Below, one piece after another: positions 8,558-17,208 of a stretch of 31,694 bases of DNA. The stretch is from Candidatus Hodarchaeota archaeon. GTDB lineage: Archaea; Asgardarchaeota; Heimdallarchaeia; Hodarchaeales; Hodarchaeaceae. Below the pieces are notes generated by a model, which saw only the letters and a list, made by a program, of their open reading frames with translations, was not told where the DNA came from and did not search any database. Numbering within the stretch: the first letter of the stretch is position 1; each line of letters begins with the position of its first letter. The position numbers and the translations under genes were made by a program. The DNA lies in contig JAEOTQ010000200.1 of NCBI GenBank assembly GCA_016839785.1, forward strand, positions 1 to 31,694, written 5' to 3'.

Positions 8558-9850
8558 TTAGTCTGAAAATGTATAAATTTTGATATTAAGGGGAATTTTA
8601 GTTATATCATGTTGTCTTGCACCGACAATGTTTTGCACTCCTCGGTTTGAGGCAATATCTAAGAGTCTCTGAGTAATAATTCCATCAAATATTACAGATT
8701 CAATATTATCTGTGTTGAGGATTTTTTCTCGAAGATCACTAATAGGAATATTTTCCTCAATAATTGAAAATTCTTTATCGAATAGTGCTGCTTGTTGTTC
8801 AGGGAGATTTTCCACAACTTTGAGAAATTCGGGTGGTATTTTAGCCTGACTTGGTGATTCTGGTTCTCGTCTAACAACAATAGGAATTTCCTTAGCAACG
8901 AAATCATTGTCGCTACTTTCACCCTCAGAAGTTTCGGAAAAATCTTCATCGTCAGGAGTAATATTGAGCTCTTTCATTATTTGTTCAATAGGTATTTTTG
9001 TCCGAAGAGCTTTCAAAATTTCTTTACTTGACAATTCTTCGACCTCAAGATTTGCTGGGGCTCTTGCAACGTAATCTAGATCCGCGAGGTGAATTAACTC
9101 TCGTAAAATGAGATCACCTCCGTGATCTCCGTCTAAAAAGGCAGTGGTTACCTTCTTTCGTGTTAAATCAACTACTTCTGGTGGAACATCCGTACCTTGA
9201 ACAGAAATGACATTTCTGAAGCCGTGTTTTAATAAATTGATAACATCGGCGCGACCTTCCACAATGATCAAATTATCACTATCTAAAACTCCAGGACCAG
9301 CAGGTAAAGCAGCTTTTCCAAATTTTTGGATAATGCTGACTCTTGCTTCCTTCAGAACCTCATCTAAAACTGAAACCGAGTCAGGTGCAACTTCATGATC
9401 CCATGTTTTCAAAATTCGTGAGGCTCGTTGAACGATTTGCCGTCGTTTGCTTTCTCGAACATCCTCAATCTTAAGTAAATTGATCTTACCAACACATGGA
9501 CCTACTCTATCTACTGTCTCTAAAGCTGCCGCCAGTAGGGCAGTTTCGACACGATCTAATGATGATGGAATAATCAGAGTCCCTGTTGTTTTTCTTTGTC
9601 TTTTTTGATATTGTAACTTGACAGCTATTCTGCCTATTCTTGATGTTTTTTGTAATTCACGTAAATCAAGCCCTTCGCCAATTAAACCTTCGGTTTGACC
9701 AAATAACGCTCCTATTATATCAGAACGTTCAGCTACTCCGCTTATAGAAAATTTTTCGTGAATTAGGTATTTTACAGTACTAGTATCGATATCTTCTTCA
9801 TTAGCCATTGAAGTTTCATCTCCAGATTTATGCGATGAAACGGTACTCAC
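8558..9850 (-). CDS. dnaG: Archaeal DnaG (TOPRIM; exosome-associated in archaea)
   Basis: DIIGALFGQTEGL, LDLRELQKTSRIGRI, TOPRIM IVEGRADV and FLDGDHGG, C-terminal FDGIITQRLLD. Start may be GTG 9850 or ATG 9808. Confidence 0.93.
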   Translation of the reverse strand: MSTVSSHKSGDETSMANEEDIDTSTVKYLIHEKFSISGVAERSDIIGALFGQTEGLIGEGLDLRELQKTSRIGRIAVKLQYQKRQRKTTGTLIIPSSLDRVETALLAAALETVDRVGPCVGKINLLKIEDVRESKRRQIVQRASRILKTWDHEVAPDSVSVLDEVLKEARVSIIQKFGKAALPAGPGVLDSDNLIIVEGRADVINLLKHGFRNVISVQGTDVPPEVVDLTRKKVTTAFLDGDHGGDLILRELIHLADLDYVARAPANLEVEELSSKEILKALRTKIPIEQIMKELNITPDDEDFSETSEGESSDNDFVAKEIPIVVRREPESPSQAKIPPEFLKVVENLPEQQAALFDKEFSIIEENIPISDLREKILNTDNIESVIFDGIITQRLLDIASNRGVQNIVGARQHDITKIPLNIKIYTFSD

Positions 9851-10227
9851 TCCTATTACGATAACTCCACCAATTTAATTGAAAGTTTCAATGATCTGTG
9901 ATAATGTAATGATGAATGAATAATGTAATAATCATGAATTGCGGTTTCATACGCGTTTTAATGATGTTCTTATGAACATCAACATATTTTTCCCTATTAT
10001 TTTGTGTCATTTTGAATGAATGAACATTCAGTTTATCTTTAGGGAATTTTCTTTTTTTTGAACTGTTCTCGTAATCGTAAATATTTAGAGATTTATCCTT
10101 TGTAGTTATCATTATTTCGTGAACTAAATCAAAGGATTTAATTTAATTCTTAATGCTTACGTGAATTCCCTCGATCATCCAATTTTTTTAATTTATGGGT
10201 ACTAGATCAGTGTGTAATACGAAATTT

Positions 10228-10446
10228 CTAAAGTAAAAATTTGACTTTGTGTATTGCAAGTGTGATATCTTCACCCTCGACTGTTTTCTTACCTGCATGA
10301 GAAGCAATTTCTGCGCCAAGAGTTGCAATCTTCTGTCCATAATCCTCTAATTCTTTTTGTAGAACACGAATTGCGGATTTAGAAACACGATTAGCGCCAC
10401 TTTTTCTAATTATTCTATCAACAGCTGAATTAGGAATCTCAACCAT
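10228..10446 (-). CDS. Archaeal histone (HMf-like fold), 72 aa
   Basis: EIPNSAVDRIIRKSGANRVS...HAGKKTVEGEDI. Start moved to ATG 10446, which follows an AAGGAGG Shine-Dalgarno. Confidence 0.9.
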   Translation of the reverse strand: MVEIPNSAVDRIIRKSGANRVSKSAIRVLQKELEDYGQKIATLGAEIASHAGKKTVEGEDITLAIHKVKFLL

Positions 10447-10596
10447 GATTTTTTTTCCTCCTTTCATTAATTGTATTGAAGTAGATTTAAAATTCTTCTC
10501 TAAATACTGCTCAAATAAGGATCTGACGACGCACTTCATAATTTACTAAAATAATAAGTCACTGAAGCGTCGATAATTTATCTGTGGTGAATAAAA

Positions 10597-11115
10597 ATGG
10601 GAAAAAGACCAGCTCACTGTTATACTCGTATCGATCGACCAGCATTTACGCGTAAGAAATTTATAAAAGGTGGACCTGACCCCAAAATTCGTACTTTCGA
10701 TCTAGGAGCTCCAGGTACGGACTTTCCAATAGAAGTGTCATTAATTGCAAAAGAACGATGTCAAATCTCACACAATGCATTAGAAGCTGCTAGAATTCAT
10801 GTTAATCGTTTTCTGACAAGAAATCTAGGGCGTGAGAATTATCACTATAGAATTTGCGTTTATCCTCATCATCGCATACGTGAAAATAAGATGATGACAG
10901 GAGCAGGAGCTGATCGTATTCAGAACGGAATGCGCAAAGCATTTGGAAAGGTAATTAGTGTAGCCGCACGTGTTTATGAAGAAGATAGATTACTATTCAT
11001 CCGTACAAATATTGAACATTTAGATATGGCGAAAGACGCTCTTCGACGTGGAAAATCGAAATTTCCAACTCCTTGTAGTATAAAAGTCACTAAGGGTCAA
11101 GATTTAGTCGCATAA
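10597..11115 (+). CDS. rpl10e: 50S ribosomal protein uL16 (L10e)
   Basis: MGKRPAHCY, LEAARI, RENKMMTGAGADRIQNGMRKAFGK; GGTGA SD upstream. Confidence 0.97.
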   Translation: MGKRPAHCYTRIDRPAFTRKKFIKGGPDPKIRTFDLGAPGTDFPIEVSLIAKERCQISHNALEAARIHVNRFLTRNLGRENYHYRICVYPHHRIRENKMMTGAGADRIQNGMRKAFGKVISVAARVYEEDRLLFIRTNIEHLDMAKDALRRGKSKFPTPCSIKVTKGQDLVA

Positions 11116-11302
11116 ATCCCAATTTTGAAAATTTTTTCGTTTTAGATAAATACTAAGTACTCAACGATCATTTCAATGAATCTCTAAAGAAATAAATTAG
11201 AACTGAAATGATCTTCTAATAACCAATAATCAAGATATCCTTCATTAATTCAAAGTGATTGCATATTTGCTAGCTTCTATTGATGCTAGATTTACTATAA
11301 TC

Positions 11303-11395
11303 ACCAAAATGATGATACTGACCTATACTGATGATGGGTTCATAATCGGACACCACTTGAACCTATTTATGATGTCCATGTACCTCACTGAGGAG
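11303..11395 (+). ncRNA. Box C/D methylation guide sRNA (SSU rRNA; U25/snR56-equivalent site)
   Basis: C ATGATGA 11309-11315, 12-nt guide TACTGACCTATA, D' CTGA 11328-11331, 9-bp stem ATGGGTTCA/TGAACCTAT, C' ATGATGT 11369-11375, 12-nt guide CCATGTACCTCA, D CTGA 11388-11391. Confidence 0.85.
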
Positions 11396-11469
11396 CTAAT
11401 CTCCTTTAATCTATTGAAGGATGTCTGTCAAGTTCCTGTTGAGCTTGATTCCAATAATACCTTCAAGAA

Positions 11470-11847
11470 TTGGATTTGGAGGAGATAAATACGCTAGAAC
11501 TAAAGCAAGTACTCATTCTAAGAAAAGACCTGAAGATGTCTAAAGGAAAAGCAGCAGCTCAAGCATCTCATGCAGCAGTGAGCGCTGCAGTGAAAATGAT
11601 GAAACAGAATCCTACAACATTCAACAAATGGTGGAATGGAGGACAAATGAAAGTAGTTCTGGCGGTTGAATCTGAAACACAATTAGAAGAAATTGAGTCA
11701 AGAATAAGAAGACTGGGTGTTTCCGTTACGAAAATTAATGATGCAGGAAGAACACAATTACCTCCAGGGACAGCAACTGCGCTTGGGATTGGCCCTCATA
11801 ACCAGATGGATGTTGAGAAAGTCACTTCTACCCTAAAACTATATTGA
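11470..11847 (+). CDS. pth2: Peptidyl-tRNA hydrolase Pth2
   Basis: KQVLILRKDLKMSKGKAAAQASHAA, GQMKVVL, DAGRTQL, LGIGP, ends LKLY. TTG start uncertain. Confidence 0.95.
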   Translation: MDLEEINTLELKQVLILRKDLKMSKGKAAAQASHAAVSAAVKMMKQNPTTFNKWWNGGQMKVVLAVESETQLEEIESRIRRLGVSVTKINDAGRTQLPPGTATALGIGPHNQMDVEKVTSTLKLY

Positions 11848-11887
11848 ACCAAGATACTCATAAACTCTCTACAAGGCGTTCTTCTAA

Positions 11888-12991
11888 ATGCGAATAATAA
11901 AATCTGACTTACGTACAAATCAAGTAATTATTCGCGCCGAGACTCCTACTGATTTATACATTTTGTCAACGATAATTGTTAATGGAGATAGAGTAATTGC
12001 TAAAACTTCTCGCCGTGTTCGACGAGCAGGAACTGAAGGTAGATCAGGAGATGAAAGCCAGCGCATAACAATGATTATTGGTATTGATGTAGAAGGGCAA
12101 ATTTTTCAAGAAAGTGTTGCAAGTAATCGATTGCGAATAAAAGGAAGAATTTTCAAGGGGCCTGAACAACATGTATCAATTGGTTCATATCATACAATAA
12201 ATGTTGGTCTATCAGATACCATAACCATTTTTAAAACTGAATGGTCAAGATATTATCTGAAAATCCTAGAAGATGCAGAAAACGCATCAAAAAAGCCGAA
12301 GATTGGGTTAATAGCAGTAGATACAAACGATGTCTGTATTGGAATACTGGATAATTATCAACTGAATGTTCTATTTCAAGAAAAATCTGGAGTAAGTCGA
12401 AAACATTCAAAAGCAAAGGTGAGAAAGGAACAATCAAGTACGTTCTTTGGGTCAATTATTGAGCTTGTACAACGTAGTCTTTTACCTGAAACAAAAAACA
12501 TACTAATAGGTGGACCAGGATTCGTTAAAGAACGATTAGCTGATTACTTAAGGAATTCCTTACCCAAAGAAAATCTTAACATTGTAATTGGGAGCTCATC
12601 CAGCGGTGGTAATCGGATTGGTTTATTCGAGCTTATGAAATCTGAAGCTCTTGACAAGTTGGCCAAAGATTTTCAGATTCTTGTAGAACAACGAGACATC
12701 GATGAGTTTCTACAGAGAATAAGTAAAGGTACAGGAGACATTGCGTATGGATACAGTCATATCAAACAAATTGCAGAAACTGGAGTAATTGAAACATTAT
12801 TGCTGATTGACTCGTATCTTCATGGGACTAATCAGGCCCCAGTTTCAGATATACAAGATTTATTAAAGACCATCGAGCAGACAAAGGGAAAATTAGTTGT
12901 TATTTCCTCTCAAAGTGATTCAGCCTCCCAACTGAAAACTTTTGGAGGTATGATTGCCTTGCTTCGTTATGCCCTGAGCTGGGAAGCATAA
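11888..12991 (+). CDS. pelA: Pelota/Dom34 ribosome rescue factor
   Basis: DLYIL..I..GDRV, RLRIKGRI, GSYHTI, GPGFVKE, IAYG, QLKTFGGMIALLRY. Confidence 0.93.
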   Translation: MRIIKSDLRTNQVIIRAETPTDLYILSTIIVNGDRVIAKTSRRVRRAGTEGRSGDESQRITMIIGIDVEGQIFQESVASNRLRIKGRIFKGPEQHVSIGSYHTINVGLSDTITIFKTEWSRYYLKILEDAENASKKPKIGLIAVDTNDVCIGILDNYQLNVLFQEKSGVSRKHSKAKVRKEQSSTFFGSIIELVQRSLLPETKNILIGGPGFVKERLADYLRNSLPKENLNIVIGSSSSGGNRIGLFELMKSEALDKLAKDFQILVEQRDIDEFLQRISKGTGDIAYGYSHIKQIAETGVIETLLLIDSYLHGTNQAPVSDIQDLLKTIEQTKGKLVVISSQSDSASQLKTFGGMIALLRYALSWEA

Positions 12992-13126
12992 AACTAATCA
13001 AATTTAACATTGATCAAACCTAAAACATCAAATATCCAATGCAATTTACACACGATTGGTAGCAACTAGTAACACGTTGAGAGAATGTAAACCTATTCTA
13101 AATATAAATCGAAATCAGGGACTTCT

Positions 13127-14335
13127 ATGGACTCATTAACATTTATCCTCTTAATTGTATTCGTTTGGCTTGTATTATCAGGCATTTCAAGGATGTCTTG
13201 GTTTACAGTGAGTAATCCGAGAATTGGTTTAGGTAGTGCTTTCTATCATACAACTAGGTTAAATGACTTGATTTCTAGAATAGGAGGTCGGGGAAGATTT
13301 TTTTGGAAACTGCTCTGGGATGTGGGCATAATATCTGGTTTAGGAATCCTATTCACAGGACTTATTGTATTTTCAATCAATATCGTTACATTTTTCCTCC
13401 CTAGATCAAGTGATGTCACACCAATTGCCATTACTCCCGTTATTCCGGGGATAACAGTTTCTTTTGCATCACTACCGTACTTTGTTGTTGCAATTATGAT
13501 TGGGGCCATGGTTCATGAATTCGCTCATGGGATTGCAGCGATAAATGAAAAAATACCGTTGAAAAGCACAGGAATCTTCGTTTTTCTACTATTTTTTGGA
13601 GCATTTGTCGAACCTGAGGAAGAGAAAATTCTAAAGGCCTCAAATCGCTCAAAAATGCGAATAATGGCTGCAGGAGGACTAGCGAATATGATAGTCGCAG
13701 TCTTTTTCCTCACCATTCTTTTATTACCAGTAGGATTTCCCCTCTTAATTTCTCCCCTCTATGAAACTGAATCTAGTGGCGCTCTTGTTGTCAATACGGT
13801 ACCAGGTACACCTGCGAGACAAGAAGGAATTTCTACTGGATTCGCAATCATTGGGGTAGAGAGTGAAGAAGGATATTTCGCAATATACTCAGGTTCAGAT
13901 TTTTCATCTTTTGTTCAAGCTGAAGTTTTCATAAATCAAAGTTTAACATTTCATTTTGCGGGTGGGACAAATCCTATCACATTGCAGACAATGAATAAAT
14001 CTGAAATCACTAATGAAACAATTGATAATAACACTGGTTATATCGGAATTGCTACTTGGAATTATTTCAAACCGAAGATTTTTTCCAATATCTTATTCAT
14101 TAAATTAATGCCCTATTGGTTACTTAACACATTGATGTACACATTTATAGTAAATTTAATGTTAGCATTAATGAATCTATTGCCTGTACCCTTCTTAGAT
14201 GGAGATAAATTACTTGCAGCGTTTTTAGGGGAGAAGAATCAATCTCTTCATAAGAGGATTAAGTATTTTGGACTTATTGTCTTAGTCTTAAATTTTGCTC
14301 TTTCGTTCTTAATTATGGGATGGCAGCAGATCTAA
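13127..14335 (+). CDS. Site-2 protease (M50 intramembrane metalloprotease) with PDZ-like insert
   Basis: HEFAH, GAFVEP, AAGGLAN, NLLPVPFLDG, PVIPG, several TM segments. Confidence 0.92.
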   Translation: MDSLTFILLIVFVWLVLSGISRMSWFTVSNPRIGLGSAFYHTTRLNDLISRIGGRGRFFWKLLWDVGIISGLGILFTGLIVFSINIVTFFLPRSSDVTPIAITPVIPGITVSFASLPYFVVAIMIGAMVHEFAHGIAAINEKIPLKSTGIFVFLLFFGAFVEPEEEKILKASNRSKMRIMAAGGLANMIVAVFFLTILLLPVGFPLLISPLYETESSGALVVNTVPGTPARQEGISTGFAIIGVESEEGYFAIYSGSDFSSFVQAEVFINQSLTFHFAGGTNPITLQTMNKSEITNETIDNNTGYIGIATWNYFKPKIFSNILFIKLMPYWLLNTLMYTFIVNLMLALMNLLPVPFLDGDKLLAAFLGEKNQSLHKRIKYFGLIVLVLNFALSFLIMGWQQI

Positions 14336-14547
14336 ACCAAGAGTGCCGTAAGGTAATAAAATTAGTCTGATGAAGAGGAAGGAATCTATTATATTCCCTT
14401 TTCGACCTGTAGAATTAAGGAAAAAATACACAGGTAGAAATTTGATAACTATCACTACTTCAATCCGCAATTTTATAAGCAAAAGAATACAAAAATTGTA
14501 CTCGAGATTCTACACTGGAAGCTTGTGTGAAAGCGGAGAGTACTCTC

Positions 14548-15135
14548 ATGGCACTAGATGATGGATTATATGTATTAGTTGACTGGAACTTTCTCCTCCT
14601 GATATTGGGAGGTTGTGTAGCAGCATCTTGGTTATTGATTCGATTATCTTCCGTCTCTGACTCGGAAGAAATAGTTTCATTAACTGAAAAAGTAGCCATC
14701 TTAGGATTCCCAGTTGGTATTATCTCTCTTTTAATGATCGGGGCTGCGTTTTATCTCGATTCACAACCAGTGGGTTTACCAGCTTCTTTTGATTTGATAA
14801 CCCTCTTATGTTTTGGAATATTAGGACTTGTCCTTATTTTGAGACCAATAAAAAACTTTAGATTCGGAACGTTTCTATCTTTAGGATTAGGTCTTCTAGG
14901 GGCTGCAATTCTTGTATTTTTAGGTGCAAATCAAATTAAAATAATGGCGGGAGTCTTTATAATTATATTTCTACTGATATATGGATCAATTAGAATGATT
15001 GAAGACTTATACTTGCTAATAGCAGAATTACTTTCCAATCCAATTATTTCAGTGACAATTGGAGTAATCTGTATTGTTCAAGGAATATTACAGATTCTAA
15101 GTTTTTCAATTGCTGATTTTCTATTCTTTATCTAA
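14548..15135 (+). CDS. Hypothetical polytopic membrane protein (about 6 TM)
   Basis: Strongly hydrophobic ORF. ATG 14548 after GGAG preferred to GTG 14527. Confidence 0.75.
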   Translation: MALDDGLYVLVDWNFLLLILGGCVAASWLLIRLSSVSDSEEIVSLTEKVAILGFPVGIISLLMIGAAFYLDSQPVGLPASFDLITLLCFGILGLVLILRPIKNFRFGTFLSLGLGLLGAAILVFLGANQIKIMAGVFIIIFLLIYGSIRMIEDLYLLIAELLSNPIISVTIGVICIVQGILQILSFSIADFLFFI

Positions 15136-15158
15136 CGATAAATATGTAAACGATTAAG

Positions 15159-15662
15159 TTATTGAATTTCAATTCTCACGGGATTCTTGGAGATTAACTC
15201 CGCAATTTGCTCTAATTGATTTAATGGAAATCTCAAGTCATCAGGATTTCCATTTAATGTAATTCTTAACTCAACATCGCCTTCTGGTGGCACGAAGATC
15301 TGATCAATTTCCACTATATCCAACGGAGCAAAAAATTGAGCAAAAGTAGTACGAGAATCCCCTTTTCTTTCCACTATCTCAATAGGTTGCCTTAGTTCAC
15401 TTTCTAAATAGTCAAGAATCTCTTCATTCTCTATCAACACATGACCATTTCTTGTTAAGAGTACCACTGATCCATTCATCTTATGTGCTCTTTCAAAAGT
15501 CACGTTCTGTAGTTGTTTGGCAAACCGTAACTCGATTTTAGCAAACGCTTTAGATATTTCTATATCTAATTGGTTAATTTTCTTTTTACGGAGTTTTTGC
15601 TTACATTTCTTACATAGCACTCCAGTTTTCGCGCAAAAATTGCATATGGGAGTATTAACCAC
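15159..15662 (-). CDS. Archaeal NusA-like protein with N-terminal Zn finger and KH-like domains
   Basis: PICNFCAKTGVLCKKC...LDIEISK matches the archaeal Zn-finger NusA paralogue pattern. Confidence 0.7.
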   Translation of the reverse strand: MVNTPICNFCAKTGVLCKKCKQKLRKKKINQLDIEISKAFAKIELRFAKQLQNVTFERAHKMNGSVVLLTRNGHVLIENEEILDYLESELRQPIEIVERKGDSRTTFAQFFAPLDIVEIDQIFVPPEGDVELRITLNGNPDDLRFPLNQLEQIAELISKNPVRIEIQ

Positions 15663-15769
15663 TTATTTTTCCTCTGCTAGTACTTTCATTATTCACTTTT
15701 GAATTTAGGTACCTAATTCTCTTAATTATCTGTCGTTTAATAATTGACTTTTGCTGATCAAAAATTTTT

Positions 15770-16696
15770 TTAGATTACGTTATTTAATACTGCTGCGACT
15801 GTATGTAATCGGTTTTCTGCCTCATCAAAAACTACAGAATGACTGCCATATATGATATCGTCAGTTACCTCTTCTTTATGGCGTGGAAGACAATGCATAA
15901 ATATATAATTCTTTGCAGCATGTTCAACCAACTCCTGATTGACTTGAAAACCTTCAAACTTTCTTAATTTCTCTTTTGTCTCTGCTTCTTGTCCCATAGA
16001 TATGAAAGTATCAGTTACAATAACTTCTGCATCTTCAACTGCTGCTATGGGATCATTCGTCACCACCACTTGCTCTGGAGATGAGGCATTAGTATTACAA
16101 TAATCGATAATGCTTATATCAGGCATATAATCTACAGGTGTCCCTATTTGCATCTTCATTCCCATTTTAATAGAAGCAATCATCAGGGTGTGGCACACAT
16201 TATTGCCATCACCAATCCAAGCGATTTTTACATTTTTCAATCTTCCTAAATGTTCCTCAATGGTAAGGATATCAGCTAAACCCTGGAGAGGATGGTACTG
16301 ATCAGATAGAGCATTAATAACAGGGACACCTGCATGTTTTGCAAGAGTTTCCACCGTACTATGTGCATATACACGTGCTAGAACAGCTGAAACCATTCGT
16401 CCCAAGACAATTGCAGTATCTGATAATGATTCATTTACTCCTAACTGAATGTCGTCTTTCCCCAGAAATAGGGCATGACCTCCAAGCTCAGCCATTGCTG
16501 TCTCAGTTGATACCCGCGTTCTTGTAGACCTTTTTTGGAATATCATACCAAGCGTTTTGCCTTTTAATGGTTGAGCTTGAATGTATTTGGATTTATTTTG
16601 CTTGAAAGCTTTTGATTCATCCAATAAAAATCGAATCTCCTCTGATTCTAGGTCTAAAAGTGTTAATAATGATCTACCTTTCATTTGAATTCCCAT
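15770..16696 (-). CDS. argF: Ornithine carbamoyltransferase with eukaryote-type signatures
   Basis: STRT, HPLQ, GDGNN, DTFISMG, HCLP, EAENR. Start likely ATG 16696 or 16684 rather than 16738. Confidence 0.95.
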   Translation of the reverse strand: MGIQMKGRSLLTLLDLESEEIRFLLDESKAFKQNKSKYIQAQPLKGKTLGMIFQKRSTRTRVSTETAMAELGGHALFLGKDDIQLGVNESLSDTAIVLGRMVSAVLARVYAHSTVETLAKHAGVPVINALSDQYHPLQGLADILTIEEHLGRLKNVKIAWIGDGNNVCHTLMIASIKMGMKMQIGTPVDYMPDISIIDYCNTNASSPEQVVVTNDPIAAVEDAEVIVTDTFISMGQEAETKEKLRKFEGFQVNQELVEHAAKNYIFMHCLPRHKEEVTDDIIYGSHSVVFDEAENRLHTVAAVLNNVI

Positions 16697-16727
16697 TATG
16701 CATAACCTTCCTAGTAGTTTAAGATTC

Positions 16728-17015
16728 TCATCCGCCATGAATTACGGGGATGAAAGTAAGTTTATCACCTTGCGCTAGGGGCGAGTCCATACCTTCTAAT
16801 ACAGAAATATCTTGATCATTAATGAAAACGATTACTGATCTAGTAGATTCATAAGAGTCCGTAAAAAAATGATTTAGACCCTTAAATTTTGGTATGTTTG
16901 AGAGTGTTTGAACAACGGATTTTACAGTAGTAGTTCCCTCTTTGAAATCATATGTGAGCTCCATTTGTCCCAAATCGTATTGCAATGAACCCAGAAAAAC
17001 TAAGAGAATTTCCAT
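16728..17015 (-). CDS. Ubiquitin-fold protein, MoaD/Urm1/SAMP family
   Basis: VIVFINDQD...L..GDKLTFIPVIHGG with C-terminal GG. Start ATG 17015. Confidence 0.88.
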   Translation of the reverse strand: MEILLVFLGSLQYDLGQMELTYDFKEGTTTVKSVVQTLSNIPKFKGLNHFFTDSYESTRSVIVFINDQDISVLEGMDSPLAQGDKLTFIPVIHGG

Positions 17016-17042
17016 TCTACTATCAGTCCGCTTGTACAAAAA

Positions 17043-17144
17043 TGCGCCGACCGGGAATTTCAGAACTTCTCGAGAGAGATTTTCATTTGAACCCGGGCTA
17101 TCACCTTGGGAGGGTGAAGTCCTACCAAACTAGACTATCGGCGC
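17043..17144 (-). tRNA. tRNA-Gly(CCC) with 29-nt intron at 59/60
   Basis: Minus strand: GCGCCGA/TCGGCGC+A; D arm GTCT/GGAC; TCACC-CT-CCC-AA-GGTGA; T stem CCGGG/CCCGG. Removing 17057-17085 restores TTCAAAT. Confidence 0.95.
17057..17085 (-). other. tRNA intron with bulge-helix-bulge motif
   Basis: Central helix TTCA/TGAA, bulges AAT and ATT, intron closed by GAA/TTC. Confidence 0.88.
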
Positions 17145-17208
17145 CTGAATCAATATCACAGAATACTACTAAAGTCCAATAAATAGCATCCTCTTTATTG
17201 TTTTTTAT

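Noticed and set aside
9888-10112. 74-aa ORF and ATAATGTAAT repeats upstream of dnaG
   Set aside because: AT-rich low-complexity sequence with no motif; no consistent C/D box spacing.
10447-10539. N-terminal histone tail implied by the 103-aa ORF
   Set aside because: A strong SD (AAGGAGG) sits before the internal ATG at 10446; the extension lies in the divergent promoter region and is not tail-like.
11255-11488. 77-aa ORF
   Set aside because: Overlaps a well-formed C/D sRNA and has no protein features.
14365-14440. Hammerhead ribozyme (CTGATGA plus hairpins)
   Set aside because: No GAAA directly after stem II and no stem I/III with a UH site; only generic hairpins such as ACCTGT/ACAGGT.
16942-17182. 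Short ORFs on both strands
   Set aside because: They overlap the tRNA-Gly gene.
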